A DNA stretch of 64,000 nt from an uncultured Myxococcales bacterium (GTDB lineage Bacteria > Myxococcota > B64-G9): positions 241,642 through 305,641 of the forward strand of contig CAZENH010000001.1 in assembly GCA_964513625.1 (NCBI GenBank). The letters run 5' to 3'. Positions 10,601 through 19,609 of the stretch are shown here, one piece after another. A model generated the notes under the pieces. That model was not told the DNA's origin. It saw only the letters and a list, made by a program, of their open reading frames with translations, and searched no databases. Each line of letters begins with the position of its first letter. Within the stretch, counting starts at the first letter, position 1. The translations under genes were made by a program, and so were the position numbers.

Positions 10601-11576
10601 TCTCTGCTCGGGCGATGATAATGACTGTTCTTCTGCTGCGGGGCCCTGTCGCTATGGATATTGCCACGAGGACACGGATTCTTGCTCCGTCGGCGATAAC
10701 AAACCGCCAGGTACCGATTGCGAGCCTTGCGGACAGTGCGACGGGCTGGGTACCTGCACAGGCTCTGCGGCCAGGGACGGCGACGAGTGCGACGACGGCG
10801 ACACCTGCACTGGGACGGGCACCTGTCTGCTCGCCGGCACTTGCCAGATCGAGGGCTGGTGCGACGTGATCGTCGATCCGGACAGTTGCGACGCTCCGGC
10901 GGCTGTATACGCGCCCGACTCTCCCGATTGCCGCTTTGCGGACGACAAGGTCGAACTTACTGTCGAGGTGGGCTCAAACATCCCGCAACAGGGCGGCTTC
11001 ATCCCTGTCAGGATTTGGCTTAGCAACTCGCCTACCTACAGTCTCACCGGTGAGCGCTGGAGCAAACCGCTCGGGGATCTATCCGTTGTGCTTACTTTGA
11101 ACTCTGTCCGCACCGACGAAAAGCAACGCCGCTCGATCCTTTCATACCTGCTGGGTTCGGCAGTCCTGCAGGCAGGTGAGTTGGCACTGGAAGAACAACC
11201 CGATCCGAGCACTGGTCAGGTCAGATTTTTATTGGCGACGGACGATGCACTGCTGCCAAATTCCGCCGGATGGATGCTCGATTTAACCCTGGTCTACGAC
11301 GGGCTGTCCGGTTCGGACGCGACCTTCGACGTGACGGTCACAACGCCTTGCGGGGCCGAGCCCGATATGATCGGTTGCCACTCGGACAGCGGTTGGCAGC
11401 CGGTATCCAAGACGATCATGGTTGGATCCAGCGGCGGAGATTACCAAAAAGACAGTCTCGAGTTGAAAGAGACGCCCAGACTGGGTTGCGAGTGCGGTTC
11501 GACAAGAGGCACCGGTCAATACTGGCTCCTGTTGCTGCTGGTCTTGTTAATCTGGCCGCGGAGACACCCCCGATGA
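7683..11576 (+). CDS. secreted beta-propeller plus cysteine-rich repeat surface protein with a MYXO-CTERM-like C-terminal sorting tail
   Basis: Signal peptide. BNR/Ycf48-like repeats (TTNGGNAFTDW, TSDSGANWDD, STDGGNIWNL). About 8.5 tandem 77-aa Cys-rich units (CDDGLYCNGxDxCSGGVCxHxGDPCLxGxECDNVC...CTDDGNxCTDDQCDGxGxCGHPANSAS). The terminal segment is [31 protein letters not shown]. Confidence 0.65.
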   Translation: MKADMFPKRITTCSALVLAILMVAARAGAAGWIELSGTPATATYHDVYFIDANNGFIVGEDGSGNGVILRTTNGGNAFTDWVAPTVTGATLNGAPLWNIFFLDSNNGWVVGEHGTIKYTSDSGANWDDYSTSGLTGTEPLHAVFFSSVDKGWVATYNETIGGAVYVKPDALTDWSAAIMNDQVGIRDLVFLDSNHGFASGYAITSTSLLESTDGGNIWNLANIGALSMNYVYKMAMVNSNELWVTGVWVPANFSSLLLYNGSAWSAPGSVTSLNLSDIDFVGSTSDDGWAVGPGSTIQIRSGGAAWVTESTTATSDLEGVAAIDTLNAFAVGTNGVILRRGCSGDPECDDGLYCTGMETCSSGVCTHAGDPCLTGSECDNVCNEGAGNCNVVSGTACTDDGNVCTDDQCDGTGSCGHPANSASCDDGLYCNGSDTCSGGVCNHSGDPCLTGSECDNVCDDMVDNCHAAIGTGCTDDGNLCTDDQCDGAGACGHPANSASCDDGLFCNGTDSCSGGTCSVHVGDPCLTGPECANVCNEGAGNCNVVSGTACADDGNVCTDDQCDGTGTCGHPANSASCDDGLYCTGVDSCSGGVCNHTGDPCLGGPECDNVCDDVADNCNAAIGTGCTDDGNVCTDDQCDGAGTCGHPANSASCDDGLYCTGVDSCSGGVCNHTGDPCLGGPECDNVCDDVADNCNAAIGTGCTDDGNLCTDDQCDGAGACGHSANSLPCDDGLFCNGTDSCSAGACSVHVGDPCLTGPECANVCNEGAGNCNVISGTACTDDGNLCTDDQCDGTGACGHPANSANCDDGLYCNGVDACSGGVCNHTGDPCLGGPECDNVCDDVADNCHVSIGTGCTDDGNVCTDDQCDGAGACGHPANSASCDDGLYCNGVDSCSGGVCNHTGDPCSGGPECDNVCDDMADNCHVAAGTSCTDDGNVCTDDQCDGAGACGHPVNSASCDDGLYCTVNDRCSGGLCSGDDNDCSSAAGPCRYGYCHEDTDSCSVGDNKPPGTDCEPCGQCDGLGTCTGSAARDGDECDDGDTCTGTGTCLLAGTCQIEGWCDVIVDPDSCDAPAAVYAPDSPDCRFADDKVELTVEVGSNIPQQGGFIPVRIWLSNSPTYSLTGERWSKPLGDLSVVLTLNSVRTDEKQRRSILSYLLGSAVLQAGELALEEQPDPSTGQVRFLLATDDALLPNSAGWMLDLTLVYDGLSGSDATFDVTVTTPCGAEPDMIGCHSDSGWQPVSKTIMVGSSGGDYQKDSLELKETPRLGCECGSTRGTGQYWLLLLLVLLIWPRRHPR
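8700..10630 (+). repeat. in-frame tandem DNA repeat of ~229-231 nt, ~8.5 copies, inside the cysteine-rich repeat gene
   Basis: The CTTGYGACGACGGG...CCGGCAAACAGCGCTTCT unit recurs at about 8722, 8951, 9180, 9411, 9641, 9870, 10098, 10327 and 10556. Copies 9411-9640 and 9641-9870 are nearly identical at the nucleotide level. Confidence 0.85.
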
Positions 11577-13072
11577 AGATCGGGATAGTGTCGGCATCGT
11601 TAGCGGCGGTTGCGTTATTTTCCTGTCGCCCGCCAGAGCGTCGAGTCGTCGAGTTGGCCGCCCGGCCGGACATCAGCAGCCAGCGGCGGATCGAGGCCAA
11701 GCGACATTTCGATAAGGGTTCAGTCTTTTTCGACAGGGGTGATGTCGGCGGCGCTCAGATCGAGTACATGAAAGCCCTTCGCGCGGATCCAGGCTTGTAC
11801 AAGGCACATCTCGGGCTGGGGGAGGTATATGAATTAGAGGGCGACAGGGTGGCGGCCCTGGCCGAGCACGTGGCGCATACAGAGACGGCGCGAAGATCCC
11901 GGGAATATCTGGATTACATGTATCAGTACGTATTCGACAAGATGTCGCGTGACCCTGCCGGACCCCGAGAGTCGGACAGAAAGTCGCGGGCCGAGGCGAT
12001 GCTCGATCTGAGCGAAGCAGTCGCCCTCTATCGACAGGGGAAGTACGCAGTGGTGCCCGGAAAGCTCGCTTCGGCTCAACGGCATTTGCCGAGGGCCGGC
12101 ATCTTCGACTACCTCGAAGCATATGCACGCTTGCAGAATGGAGAAACAGCCGCGGCGATCGAGGCATTCGAGCGGGCGGCCGGCAGTAACCCGTTCTTTG
12201 CCCGTTGGCTGCTGTCAGCTCGTGACAAGCTTTTGCCGTTGGAACTCAACCAGGGTTTTGCTGGAATTTTACGCACTGCTTTGGAGAAACATCCAGCGGA
12301 CGTGGAGACGGCCTTTTTGCTGTCTGCAATTTTACTGCGCGCAGGCAAGCCAGCGGAAAGTCTCGATGTCGTTCGCCGCTCGCTGGCATGGTCTCATGCC
12401 GACTGGAAGCTTTTTTTGATCAAGGCGGTCGCGCACCGCGAGCTGGGTCAGAAGATCCAGGTGCAACAATCCATAAGCGACCTGATCGCGGCCAAGCCCG
12501 ATTTTTCAGATCAGTTCGGCAGGCGTGAGCCGAGTGTTTTTCGCGGATTGTTGGCCGGCCGGGCCGACGAATTTGCCACCGGCGAGCTCGCCGGAGCGAT
12601 GCCCGAGCCTGCCCGCTCGTACTTCTTGTGGCGCCTGTTGCAAGAACGAGGAGATCCAGCCGCGGACGCGAACAGAAAGGCTTTTTTGAAATTGATGCAG
12701 GCCAGCTTTCCGGCGGATGAGTTTTCCAGTCTTCCTTGCACCAAGCCGCCGAAGGATGCGCCGGGCAGTCTTCAGGAGTTCATGGGAACCGTTCAGGAGC
12801 GAATAAACACAGCCATGGATGCACTTCTGCACTGTGACCATACGCTGCGGCCGCGAAGGGACAATCCGTCCGGACGCGTCTTGGTGCGAGTGCTTCTGGG
12901 CCGCGACGGAAGCGTGGCGCAAGCGGGAGTGCTTGAAAACACGACTCGTGACGATTGGCTGGCATACTGTATGCTCAATAAGATCCTGAAAATGCGTTTC
13001 CCGGCGCCGTTACGCGCCAACGAGTCGTTCAAGCTGCCGGTGATGGTCGGACCCGAAACGGACATCAAATGA
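11573..13072 (+). CDS. TPR-repeat lipoprotein with a C-terminal TonB-C-like domain
   Basis: ATGA stop/start overlap with the upstream gene. Lipobox [21 protein letters not shown]-like helices ([32 protein letters not shown]). The C-terminus [24 protein letters not shown]...FPAP is TonB_C-like. The track's 11270 start lies inside the upstream gene. Confidence 0.5.
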   Translation: MKIGIVSASLAAVALFSCRPPERRVVELAARPDISSQRRIEAKRHFDKGSVFFDRGDVGGAQIEYMKALRADPGLYKAHLGLGEVYELEGDRVAALAEHVAHTETARRSREYLDYMYQYVFDKMSRDPAGPRESDRKSRAEAMLDLSEAVALYRQGKYAVVPGKLASAQRHLPRAGIFDYLEAYARLQNGETAAAIEAFERAAGSNPFFARWLLSARDKLLPLELNQGFAGILRTALEKHPADVETAFLLSAILLRAGKPAESLDVVRRSLAWSHADWKLFLIKAVAHRELGQKIQVQQSISDLIAAKPDFSDQFGRREPSVFRGLLAGRADEFATGELAGAMPEPARSYFLWRLLQERGDPAADANRKAFLKLMQASFPADEFSSLPCTKPPKDAPGSLQEFMGTVQERINTAMDALLHCDHTLRPRRDNPSGRVLVRVLLGRDGSVAQAGVLENTTRDDWLAYCMLNKILKMRFPAPLRANESFKLPVMVGPETDIK

Positions 13073-15087
13073 TGCAAGGAGCAAGTGAAATGATAGCCGA
13101 TTCTGATGGCCCAACTGGAAAGGTCGAACTGCTTTATGATCTGTTGCGGGACGCGACGCGGCGCTCCGATTTGAAAGGTGTTTTTCACGTCTTGTTTCGC
13201 GGCGGGCGTGAGGGACTCGGGGCAGAGGAAGGCATGATTCTTCAGCACAATCCGGAAAAAGGCGCGCTCGATGTCAAGGTGAGAACAAAGGGCAAACTAC
13301 TCGATAGTGAAAATCTTTTCTCGACCGAACGCGAACAGGTGGCGGCGCTATTGCAATTGGAAGAGCCTAGCTTGCGCGAGAAGGACGAGGACGTTTTTTT
13401 CAAAAGCTCAAAAAGCCAGCTGGTGGCGCCGGTTCCGGTAGACGCACGCGAACAGGGTTTGCTGGTGCTCGAGTCTTCTTTTCCGATTGCTTTCGGATCC
13501 GAGCAACGTGATTTTATAAGTAGCTTGCTTGAACAGACTTCGGCCGTCATCCGCACTCGGGGCAACGTCGAATCGTCACGCCGCGAGCTGGATTGTCTAT
13601 GGGATGTCAAGCGCCGTATTATCAGCCCGACTGAACTGGACAGCAGTGAGCTAAACTCGCTACTGGGCAAGATCTTACAGTTGGCCATGGCCCGGACCAA
13701 GACCAGTAACGGGATCATATTGATGGCCGACGAAGAGACGGGGGATCTGGTAACCAGTTCGAAGGCGGTCATGGGCGACCTGGCCTACGAAGTGCCCGAG
13801 AAGTTCATGCGCCGCAAGCGCGGCCGAGCCTCCGGAATCGCCTTCTGGGTACTCGACAACAACAAGCCCTATATCAGCGGCAATACCGACGAGGATCCCA
13901 ACTACATTCCATTCTTCAAGGGTGTCAAGAGCAACATCTCCGTGCCGATTTCGTTTCAGGACCGCTGCATTGGCGTAATTGTTGTAGAGAACCGCAAGCC
14001 AAACGCCTTCAGCCTGGAAGACCAGCAAGTGCTCGAGGAGCTGTCGCGCAACGTGACAATTCTGGTACGTAGAGCCCAACTCTACGAGGCTACTCGAGAT
14101 GCCGACCAGGCCGGGCGGGGAGTTCTGATCCGCGGGCAGGGTGACAAGTGGAAGGAGGTCGAGCGGCGAGTCGAGAGGGCCTCGGCGACAAACGCCATAG
14201 TCATGTTGCGGGGCGAGAGCGGCACCGGCAAGGAGTTGATGGCTCGATCGATTCACTTCAATTCGAGGCGCAAGGACAAACCGATGGTGGTGGTCAATAG
14301 TGCCGCTATTCCTGATCAGCTTCTCGAATCAACGCTCTTTGGTCACGTCAAGGGCGCCTTCACCGGAGCGACCTACGACAGGGTGGGAGAATTCGAGAAG
14401 GCCGACGGGGGCACGATCTTTCTCGATGAGATCGGCGATCTGGGATTACCGTTGCAAGCAAAGTTGCTTAGGGTCCTCGAGAGCGGTGAAATCCAGAAAC
14501 TGGGCTCTAACGAGGGATCGAGCAAGGTCGATGTCAGAGTGATAGCGGCCACCAGCCAGAACCTCGAGCAGATGATGGAGCGCAGGGAGTTTCGCGAAGA
14601 TTTATATTTTCGCCTGCACGTGGTGCCCATCTGGCTGCCGCCGCTTCGGGAGTACAAGAAATCAATTACCGGCATGGTAAAGGCGTTTGTGCGCGAAGCG
14701 GCAGTGGAACACGAGAGACCGGTCGAGGGCATTACTGATGAAGCAATGGAACTGCTCTTGCGCCACGACTATCCGGGTAATGTACGTGAGCTAAGAAATA
14801 TCATCGAGCAGTCGGTGATCTTGGCGCGCGATAAGACGATCAGCGCGGCAGATTTGCCTTCCCGGCTGCTGAAGTCGATCGAGAAACAACCGGCTGGCGC
14901 GAAGAGCCGCGATTTCAAGAGCATGAAGAAGCAAGTGTTGGACAAGTTCGAACGCGATTACCTGGGCAGTGTTCTGTCGGAATCGGCCGGTAACATTTCC
15001 AAGGCATCCGAGATTTCGGGCATCAACAGGGTAAACTTCTACAAATTGCTGAAGCGTCACGAGATTGATCCGCGCAGCTTCCGCTGA
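13069..15087 (+). CDS. sigma-54-dependent transcriptional activator (bacterial enhancer-binding protein) with N-terminal GAF-type sensor domains and a C-terminal Fis-type HTH
   Basis: Walker [21 protein letters not shown], the GAFTGA motif ([15 protein letters not shown]) and [15 protein letters not shown] is [29 protein letters not shown] overlaps the upstream stop. Confidence 0.85.
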   Translation: MMQGASEMIADSDGPTGKVELLYDLLRDATRRSDLKGVFHVLFRGGREGLGAEEGMILQHNPEKGALDVKVRTKGKLLDSENLFSTEREQVAALLQLEEPSLREKDEDVFFKSSKSQLVAPVPVDAREQGLLVLESSFPIAFGSEQRDFISSLLEQTSAVIRTRGNVESSRRELDCLWDVKRRIISPTELDSSELNSLLGKILQLAMARTKTSNGIILMADEETGDLVTSSKAVMGDLAYEVPEKFMRRKRGRASGIAFWVLDNNKPYISGNTDEDPNYIPFFKGVKSNISVPISFQDRCIGVIVVENRKPNAFSLEDQQVLEELSRNVTILVRRAQLYEATRDADQAGRGVLIRGQGDKWKEVERRVERASATNAIVMLRGESGTGKELMARSIHFNSRRKDKPMVVVNSAAIPDQLLESTLFGHVKGAFTGATYDRVGEFEKADGGTIFLDEIGDLGLPLQAKLLRVLESGEIQKLGSNEGSSKVDVRVIAATSQNLEQMMERREFREDLYFRLHVVPIWLPPLREYKKSITGMVKAFVREAAVEHERPVEGITDEAMELLLRHDYPGNVRELRNIIEQSVILARDKTISAADLPSRLLKSIEKQPAGAKSRDFKSMKKQVLDKFERDYLGSVLSESAGNISKASEISGINRVNFYKLLKRHEIDPRSFR

Positions 15088-15105
15088 CGAAACTTCAAAG
15101 TTTCG
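15088..15105. promoter_or_regulatory. perfect 18-nt palindrome CGAAACTTCAAAGTTTCG immediately after the activator stop codon. It could be a terminator-like hairpin or a dimeric binding site.
   Basis: Seen directly in the sequence, no poly-T tail. An AT-rich stretch and a GGAGG SD at 15133-15137 lie before ATG 15157. Confidence 0.3.
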
Positions 15106-15156
15106 CAGGTTGGTGATAGTATTGAAGAATAATGTATTACCCGGAGGCGTAAGACC

Positions 15157-18100
15157 ATGAAACTCCGCTTTTTTCTGTTTTTGGCTTCAGTTTGGTATTT
15201 CTCGGCGGTATTTTCCGCCTGCGGTGGCGACACTGTGGGCGACGGCGATACCGGTGTTGTACTTTGCACGACGAACGATCAGTGCCCCGTCGGCATGTTC
15301 TGCAACGACGGAATCTGTGACGCATTATCGGACGGCGGCGGCTGCCAGAGCAACGAGGATTGCGAGGCAGGATATCACTGTGACATTCTCAACAAGCGCT
15401 GTGTTGCCGACTCTGACGGGGGAGGTGAGCCTGCCGATGGTTCTGACGGAGGTGTGTTCGACGGCGGTGATGGCGGCGGCGACCAGGAGGCCGAGTGCGA
15501 GCCTGACGAAGTACGCGAATGCGGTCCGGGAACAAAAGTGGGCGAGTGCGACATTGGCGTCGAGCACTGCGTCGCGGGCAAGTGGAGTGGAGTTTGCGAA
15601 GGCGCTGTCTACCCCGAGAACGAGAAGTGCGACGGGCTGGACAACGATTGCGATGGAAATACCCCGGCGGATGAGATCGACCAGGACGGCGACGGGATAT
15701 CCGCCTGCCAGGGAGATTGCGACGAGAGCAACGCCGATGTGCATCCCGGCGCTGGCGAGATCTACTGCAACCAGAAGGACGACGACTGCGATCCTGCAAC
15801 TTCCGACGATGTAGACGCCGACGGTGACGGTTTCTCCGTCTGCCTAGGCGATTGCGACGACTCCCGGGACGACGTTCATCCCGGCCTGGTCGAGGTGCCT
15901 TGCGACGGAGCGGACAACGATTGCGATCCGGAGACTTCTGACGGGCCGGACGAGGACGGAGACGGTGTCAGCGGATGCGGAGGCGACTGCGATGACCACG
16001 ATGCCGGTCGTTTTCCCGGTAATACCGAGATCAACTGCAATTCAGTCGACGACGATTGCGATCCGGGCACCCTGGACGACCCCGATCCGACAGACGCTGA
16101 TGGTGACGGCTACTCGTTGGGCTGTGGTGCCGATTGCGACGACGGTGCCGCGGCCGTAAACCCCGGGGCCGTCGAAGTTCAGTGCGACGGGATCGACAAC
16201 GACTGCGATCCGTCGAGCGCCGACGATCCCGACCCGACCGACGCCGACGGAGACCACTACACCCGCGGCTGCGGCGGCGATTGCAACGACACCAATCAAA
16301 CAATCAATCCCGGTGCCACGGAAATTGACTGCGACTGGATAGACAACGACTGCAACTCGCAGACTGCGGATGACCCGGACCCGACCGACGCCGACGCGGA
16401 TAATCACACTATCGGCTGCGGCGGCGATTGCGACGACACCAACCCGAATGTTCACCCTGATGCCATCGAAGTGCAGTGCGACGGCATCGACAATGATTGC
16501 TTTGCCCAGACCTTCGATGATCCCGATCCGACCGACGCCGACGGAGATAACTACACCCGCGGCTGCGGCCATGATTGCAACGATACCAATCCGGCCGTCA
16601 ACCCCGGGGCGAACGAAGTTCAGTGCGACGGCACTGACAACGACTGCAATGCCGCAACACCCGACGATCTGAATCCTGCGGACAACGACGGCGACAACTA
16701 TTCCGTAGGTTGCGGCCATGATTGCAACGACGGCAACCAGAACGTCCATCCCGGCGCGGCCGAGATACAGTGCGACCTGATTGACAACGATTGCAACCCC
16801 GGCACACCCGATGATCCCGATCCGACCGATGCCGACGGCGACAATCACACTGTCGGTTGCGGTGGAGATTGCAACGACACCGACCCGGCCATTCATCCCG
16901 GTGTTGCGGAAGTGCCGTGCGACGGCATCGATAACGACTGCAACGCGGTGACGCCGGACGATTCCGACCCGACCGACGCCGACTCGGACAACTACACGCG
17001 CGGCTGCGGCGCCGACTGCGACGACACCGACCCGTCCGTCAATCCCGGTGCGGGCGAGACGCCATGCGACGGCCTGAACAACGATTGCAATGCCGCAACG
17101 CCCGACGACTCAAATCCCGCCGATAGCGACGGGGACAGCTACACTGTAGGCTGCGGTAATGACTGCAACGACGGCAACCCGGCCATTCATCCCGGGGCCA
17201 ACGAGGCAACATGCGACGGTGTTGACAACGATTGCAATCCCGCCACTCAGGACGACAGCGATCCGACCGATGCCGACGGAGACTTCTACACCCGCGGCTG
17301 CGGCCAGGACTGTGACGACACAAATCCCAACGTGCATCCCGGCGCCTCCGAGATCCAGTGTGACGGGCTGGATAACGATTGCAATCCGAGCACGCTTGAC
17401 GACCCGAACACAACCGACGGGGACGGGGACAACTGGACGATCGGTTGCGGTGACTGTAACGACTTCAACCCGGCCATCCATCCAGGCGCCGCTGAAACGC
17501 AGTGCGACGGCGTGGACAACGACTGCAACGCGGCAACACCTGACGATAGCAATCCACAGGACAACGACGGCGACAACTTTACCCAGGGGTGCGGCGCCGA
17601 CTGTAACGATAATGACGGTGATATTAACCCAGGACACTCAGAGGTCTGCGACGACAAGGACAACGATTGCGACGGGCGCACCGACCGTGACGACTTCGGC
17701 GGCATCTGCGATCTGGGCGAAGCCTGCGAACTGAGTCTGCCCGCCGACCAGGAACACTGCTCGGGCGAACTTTACTGTCAGCACAACAATACAGACAGCC
17801 GCAACTTGTGCGTCCACTGGTGCAACAACTCGCACGAAGTGCCGGGAGGCACCGACGGAGTGCACGAGTGCCCGCTGGGCTACAAGTGCGAATTGTACTC
17901 CAACACCGATTCTTCGGGCTTCTGCTGGCCGGTCCAATCCGGCAACGGCGGCAAGGACGTCGGGGCCGCCTGCGGCTCGGATAGCGAGTGCCGCAGCGAG
18001 TGGTGTTCTACTGATGGATACTGTATCAGCGGTTGTTCCAGCCGCACCGGTTGCCAGCACGTCTCTAACTGGAGCTGCGTGCTCAATAGTATCTCGAGCG

Positions 18101-18528
18101 CCAACGGAAACATGCACCACGGACTGTGCATGCAGGCCCCGGGCACGCTCAACACCGGGGAAGTGTGCTGGGCGAATTCAGATTGTCGTGACGGCTTCTG
18201 CGATTTCTATGCCGGTAGCTACGGTGAGTGTGAGAATTTCTGCTGCGTGGTAAATGATTGCCCGCCAAGCTACTATTGTGCCATCTGGTATGGCCAGGAG
18301 TCTTCGATCATCAAAGCCTGTGACTGGGGCGCCCGTGGCGCGGGTGCCTTCGGCGATGCCTGCACGGATGACTCCGACTGCGCCAGCATGGTTTGTCTCG
18401 GAGGCCAGTGTAACTCATTCTGTTGCCGTAACGGAGACTGTCCCGGCGGCTACAAGTGTGACTTCGCCTTTTCGGTGGACATGTCACCGTATGACGACGC
18501 CCAGGGACGCGCCTGCGTGCCCGAGTAG
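15157..18528 (+). CDS. secreted Asp/Cys-rich repeat protein ('putative metal-binding motif' MopE-like repeats) with a Cys-rich C-terminal domain
   Basis: Signal peptide MKLRFFLFLASVWYFSAVFSACGG. About 17 tandem ~41-aa units of the form DxDGDxYxxGCGxDCxDxNPxxxPGAxExxCDGxDNDC(D/N). Confidence 0.65.
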   Translation: MKLRFFLFLASVWYFSAVFSACGGDTVGDGDTGVVLCTTNDQCPVGMFCNDGICDALSDGGGCQSNEDCEAGYHCDILNKRCVADSDGGGEPADGSDGGVFDGGDGGGDQEAECEPDEVRECGPGTKVGECDIGVEHCVAGKWSGVCEGAVYPENEKCDGLDNDCDGNTPADEIDQDGDGISACQGDCDESNADVHPGAGEIYCNQKDDDCDPATSDDVDADGDGFSVCLGDCDDSRDDVHPGLVEVPCDGADNDCDPETSDGPDEDGDGVSGCGGDCDDHDAGRFPGNTEINCNSVDDDCDPGTLDDPDPTDADGDGYSLGCGADCDDGAAAVNPGAVEVQCDGIDNDCDPSSADDPDPTDADGDHYTRGCGGDCNDTNQTINPGATEIDCDWIDNDCNSQTADDPDPTDADADNHTIGCGGDCDDTNPNVHPDAIEVQCDGIDNDCFAQTFDDPDPTDADGDNYTRGCGHDCNDTNPAVNPGANEVQCDGTDNDCNAATPDDLNPADNDGDNYSVGCGHDCNDGNQNVHPGAAEIQCDLIDNDCNPGTPDDPDPTDADGDNHTVGCGGDCNDTDPAIHPGVAEVPCDGIDNDCNAVTPDDSDPTDADSDNYTRGCGADCDDTDPSVNPGAGETPCDGLNNDCNAATPDDSNPADSDGDSYTVGCGNDCNDGNPAIHPGANEATCDGVDNDCNPATQDDSDPTDADGDFYTRGCGQDCDDTNPNVHPGASEIQCDGLDNDCNPSTLDDPNTTDGDGDNWTIGCGDCNDFNPAIHPGAAETQCDGVDNDCNAATPDDSNPQDNDGDNFTQGCGADCNDNDGDINPGHSEVCDDKDNDCDGRTDRDDFGGICDLGEACELSLPADQEHCSGELYCQHNNTDSRNLCVHWCNNSHEVPGGTDGVHECPLGYKCELYSNTDSSGFCWPVQSGNGGKDVGAACGSDSECRSEWCSTDGYCISGCSSRTGCQHVSNWSCVLNSISSANGNMHHGLCMQAPGTLNTGEVCWANSDCRDGFCDFYAGSYGECENFCCVVNDCPPSYYCAIWYGQESSIIKACDWGARGAGAFGDACTDDSDCASMVCLGGQCNSFCCRNGDCPGGYKCDFAFSVDMSPYDDAQGRACVPE
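15630..17700 (+). repeat. in-frame tandem ~123-nt repeat array (~17 copies) encoding the Asp/Cys metal-binding-motif units
   Basis: Recurring GACGGnnTnGACAACGAnTGCnAnnCC / CCCGGnGC(n) blocks. Translation gives the periodic DNDC...PGA...CDG pattern. Confidence 0.8.
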
Positions 18529-18558
18529 AACGACCCAATATTGCGGGAGGTTTGAGCG

Positions 18559-19161
18559 ATGATCGACAAGATATTCAGAATTAACCACGACTGCTTCAGG
18601 CTCGAGGGTGAGGTCACGGTATACACAGATCCTTTCAATCTGCCCGACGGTTTGCCCAAGGCGGACATCGTGATGATCTCGCACGAGCACTACGATCACT
18701 GCTCGCCGGATGACCTGGCAAAGATCGCGAAAGACGATACGGTTTTTTTAGCGACGAGAGAATGCCGTGACAAGATCACGGGTGACCTGCGCGTGGTAAA
18801 GCCGGGAGACACGCTCGAGGTCAAGGGTGTGGCCATCGAGGTGGTTCCGGCCTACAACACCGACAAGCAGTTTCACCCCAAAAAGGCCGGCCACGTGGGC
18901 TATGTCTTCACTCTGGGCGGCAAGCGGATATATTTTGCCGGGGACACCGATCGCATACCCGAAATGAAGGATATTTCCGCCGATATTGCCCTGCTGCCGG
19001 TATCAGGCACATATGTGATGACTGCCGAGCAGGCAGTAGAGGCCGCCCGGGATGTCGCTGCCAGTGTAACAATACCCATGCATTACGGGGATATAGTTGG
19101 CAGCCTGGATGATGCCGAACGTTTTGCGAGACTATACGAAGGTAAGTCGATCATAAAATAA
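18559..19161 (+). CDS. MBL-fold metallo-hydrolase
   Basis: HxHxDH motif (ISHEHYDHC) and downstream metal ligands. GGGAGG SD upstream. Confidence 0.7.
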   Translation: MIDKIFRINHDCFRLEGEVTVYTDPFNLPDGLPKADIVMISHEHYDHCSPDDLAKIAKDDTVFLATRECRDKITGDLRVVKPGDTLEVKGVAIEVVPAYNTDKQFHPKKAGHVGYVFTLGGKRIYFAGDTDRIPEMKDISADIALLPVSGTYVMTAEQAVEAARDVAASVTIPMHYGDIVGSLDDAERFARLYEGKSIIK

Positions 19162-19182
19162 TCCAGCCATTCGGCCAAAAAC

Positions 19183-19211
19183 TTGACGTGTGTGATGATG
19201 TAGGATATAGG
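19183..19211 (+). promoter_or_regulatory. candidate sigma-70-like promoter (TTGACG-17-TATAGG) for the PilZ gene
   Basis: Hexamers read directly. The leader is very short and has no SD, so this is weak. Confidence 0.25.
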
Positions 19212-19218
19212 TATACCT

Positions 19219-19587
19219 ATGAATACAATTCACGACACATTCAAGGAGGCCGTCATGGAAGCACGCGAGTTCGAAAACCGTTGTGAGCCAAGGAGGCCGC
19301 TGGATGTCTACCTGAACAAGTTCATGGACGAAGAGCCCTACATGGTTCGTTCGTCGGACATCTCCAGTACCGGGATCTACCTGCACAAGCTGATCGAGCC
19401 GGAAGTCCCGGACGGCACCATGGTCAGCCTGGAGTTCAGACTTCCCAATAGCCAGGAAGTCATCTGGGCCCGAGGCACGGTAATGCGCGAAGGGCAATTT
19501 TGGGGTGCCCAGGGAGTAGGGATCTGGTTCACCATTCTTCCCCGAAAGTATCGCGAATTGATCGAAGACTACATCGGCCTGAATTGA
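19219..19587 (+). CDS. PilZ-domain protein (c-di-GMP receptor-like)
   Basis: RxxxR-like EPRRPLDV followed by D-x-S-x-x-G (DISSTGIYL), typical of PilZ. Confidence 0.5.
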   Translation: MNTIHDTFKEAVMEAREFENRCEPRRPLDVYLNKFMDEEPYMVRSSDISSTGIYLHKLIEPEVPDGTMVSLEFRLPNSQEVIWARGTVMREGQFWGAQGVGIWFTILPRKYRELIEDYIGLN

Positions 19588-19609
19588 ATGGACGCCAAAT
19601 TCTGAACGG

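Noticed and set aside
8700-10630. Regular ~230-nt repeats that might look like a CRISPR or other non-coding array
   Set aside because: The units are in-frame coding, have no unique spacers, and are much longer than CRISPR repeats. There are no cas genes.
11270-11572. Track start of the TPR/TonB-like gene 303 nt inside the upstream gene
   Set aside because: An internal ATG at 11573 gives an ATGA stop/start overlap and a lipoprotein signal. The upstream extension has no signal and overlaps the MYXO-CTERM tail.
16042-16896. 284-aa minus-strand ORF and neighbouring 100-190-aa ORFs (15224..15814, 17110..17637, 17159..17734)
   Set aside because: Antisense or alternative-frame shadows of the Asp/Cys repeat gene 15157..18528.
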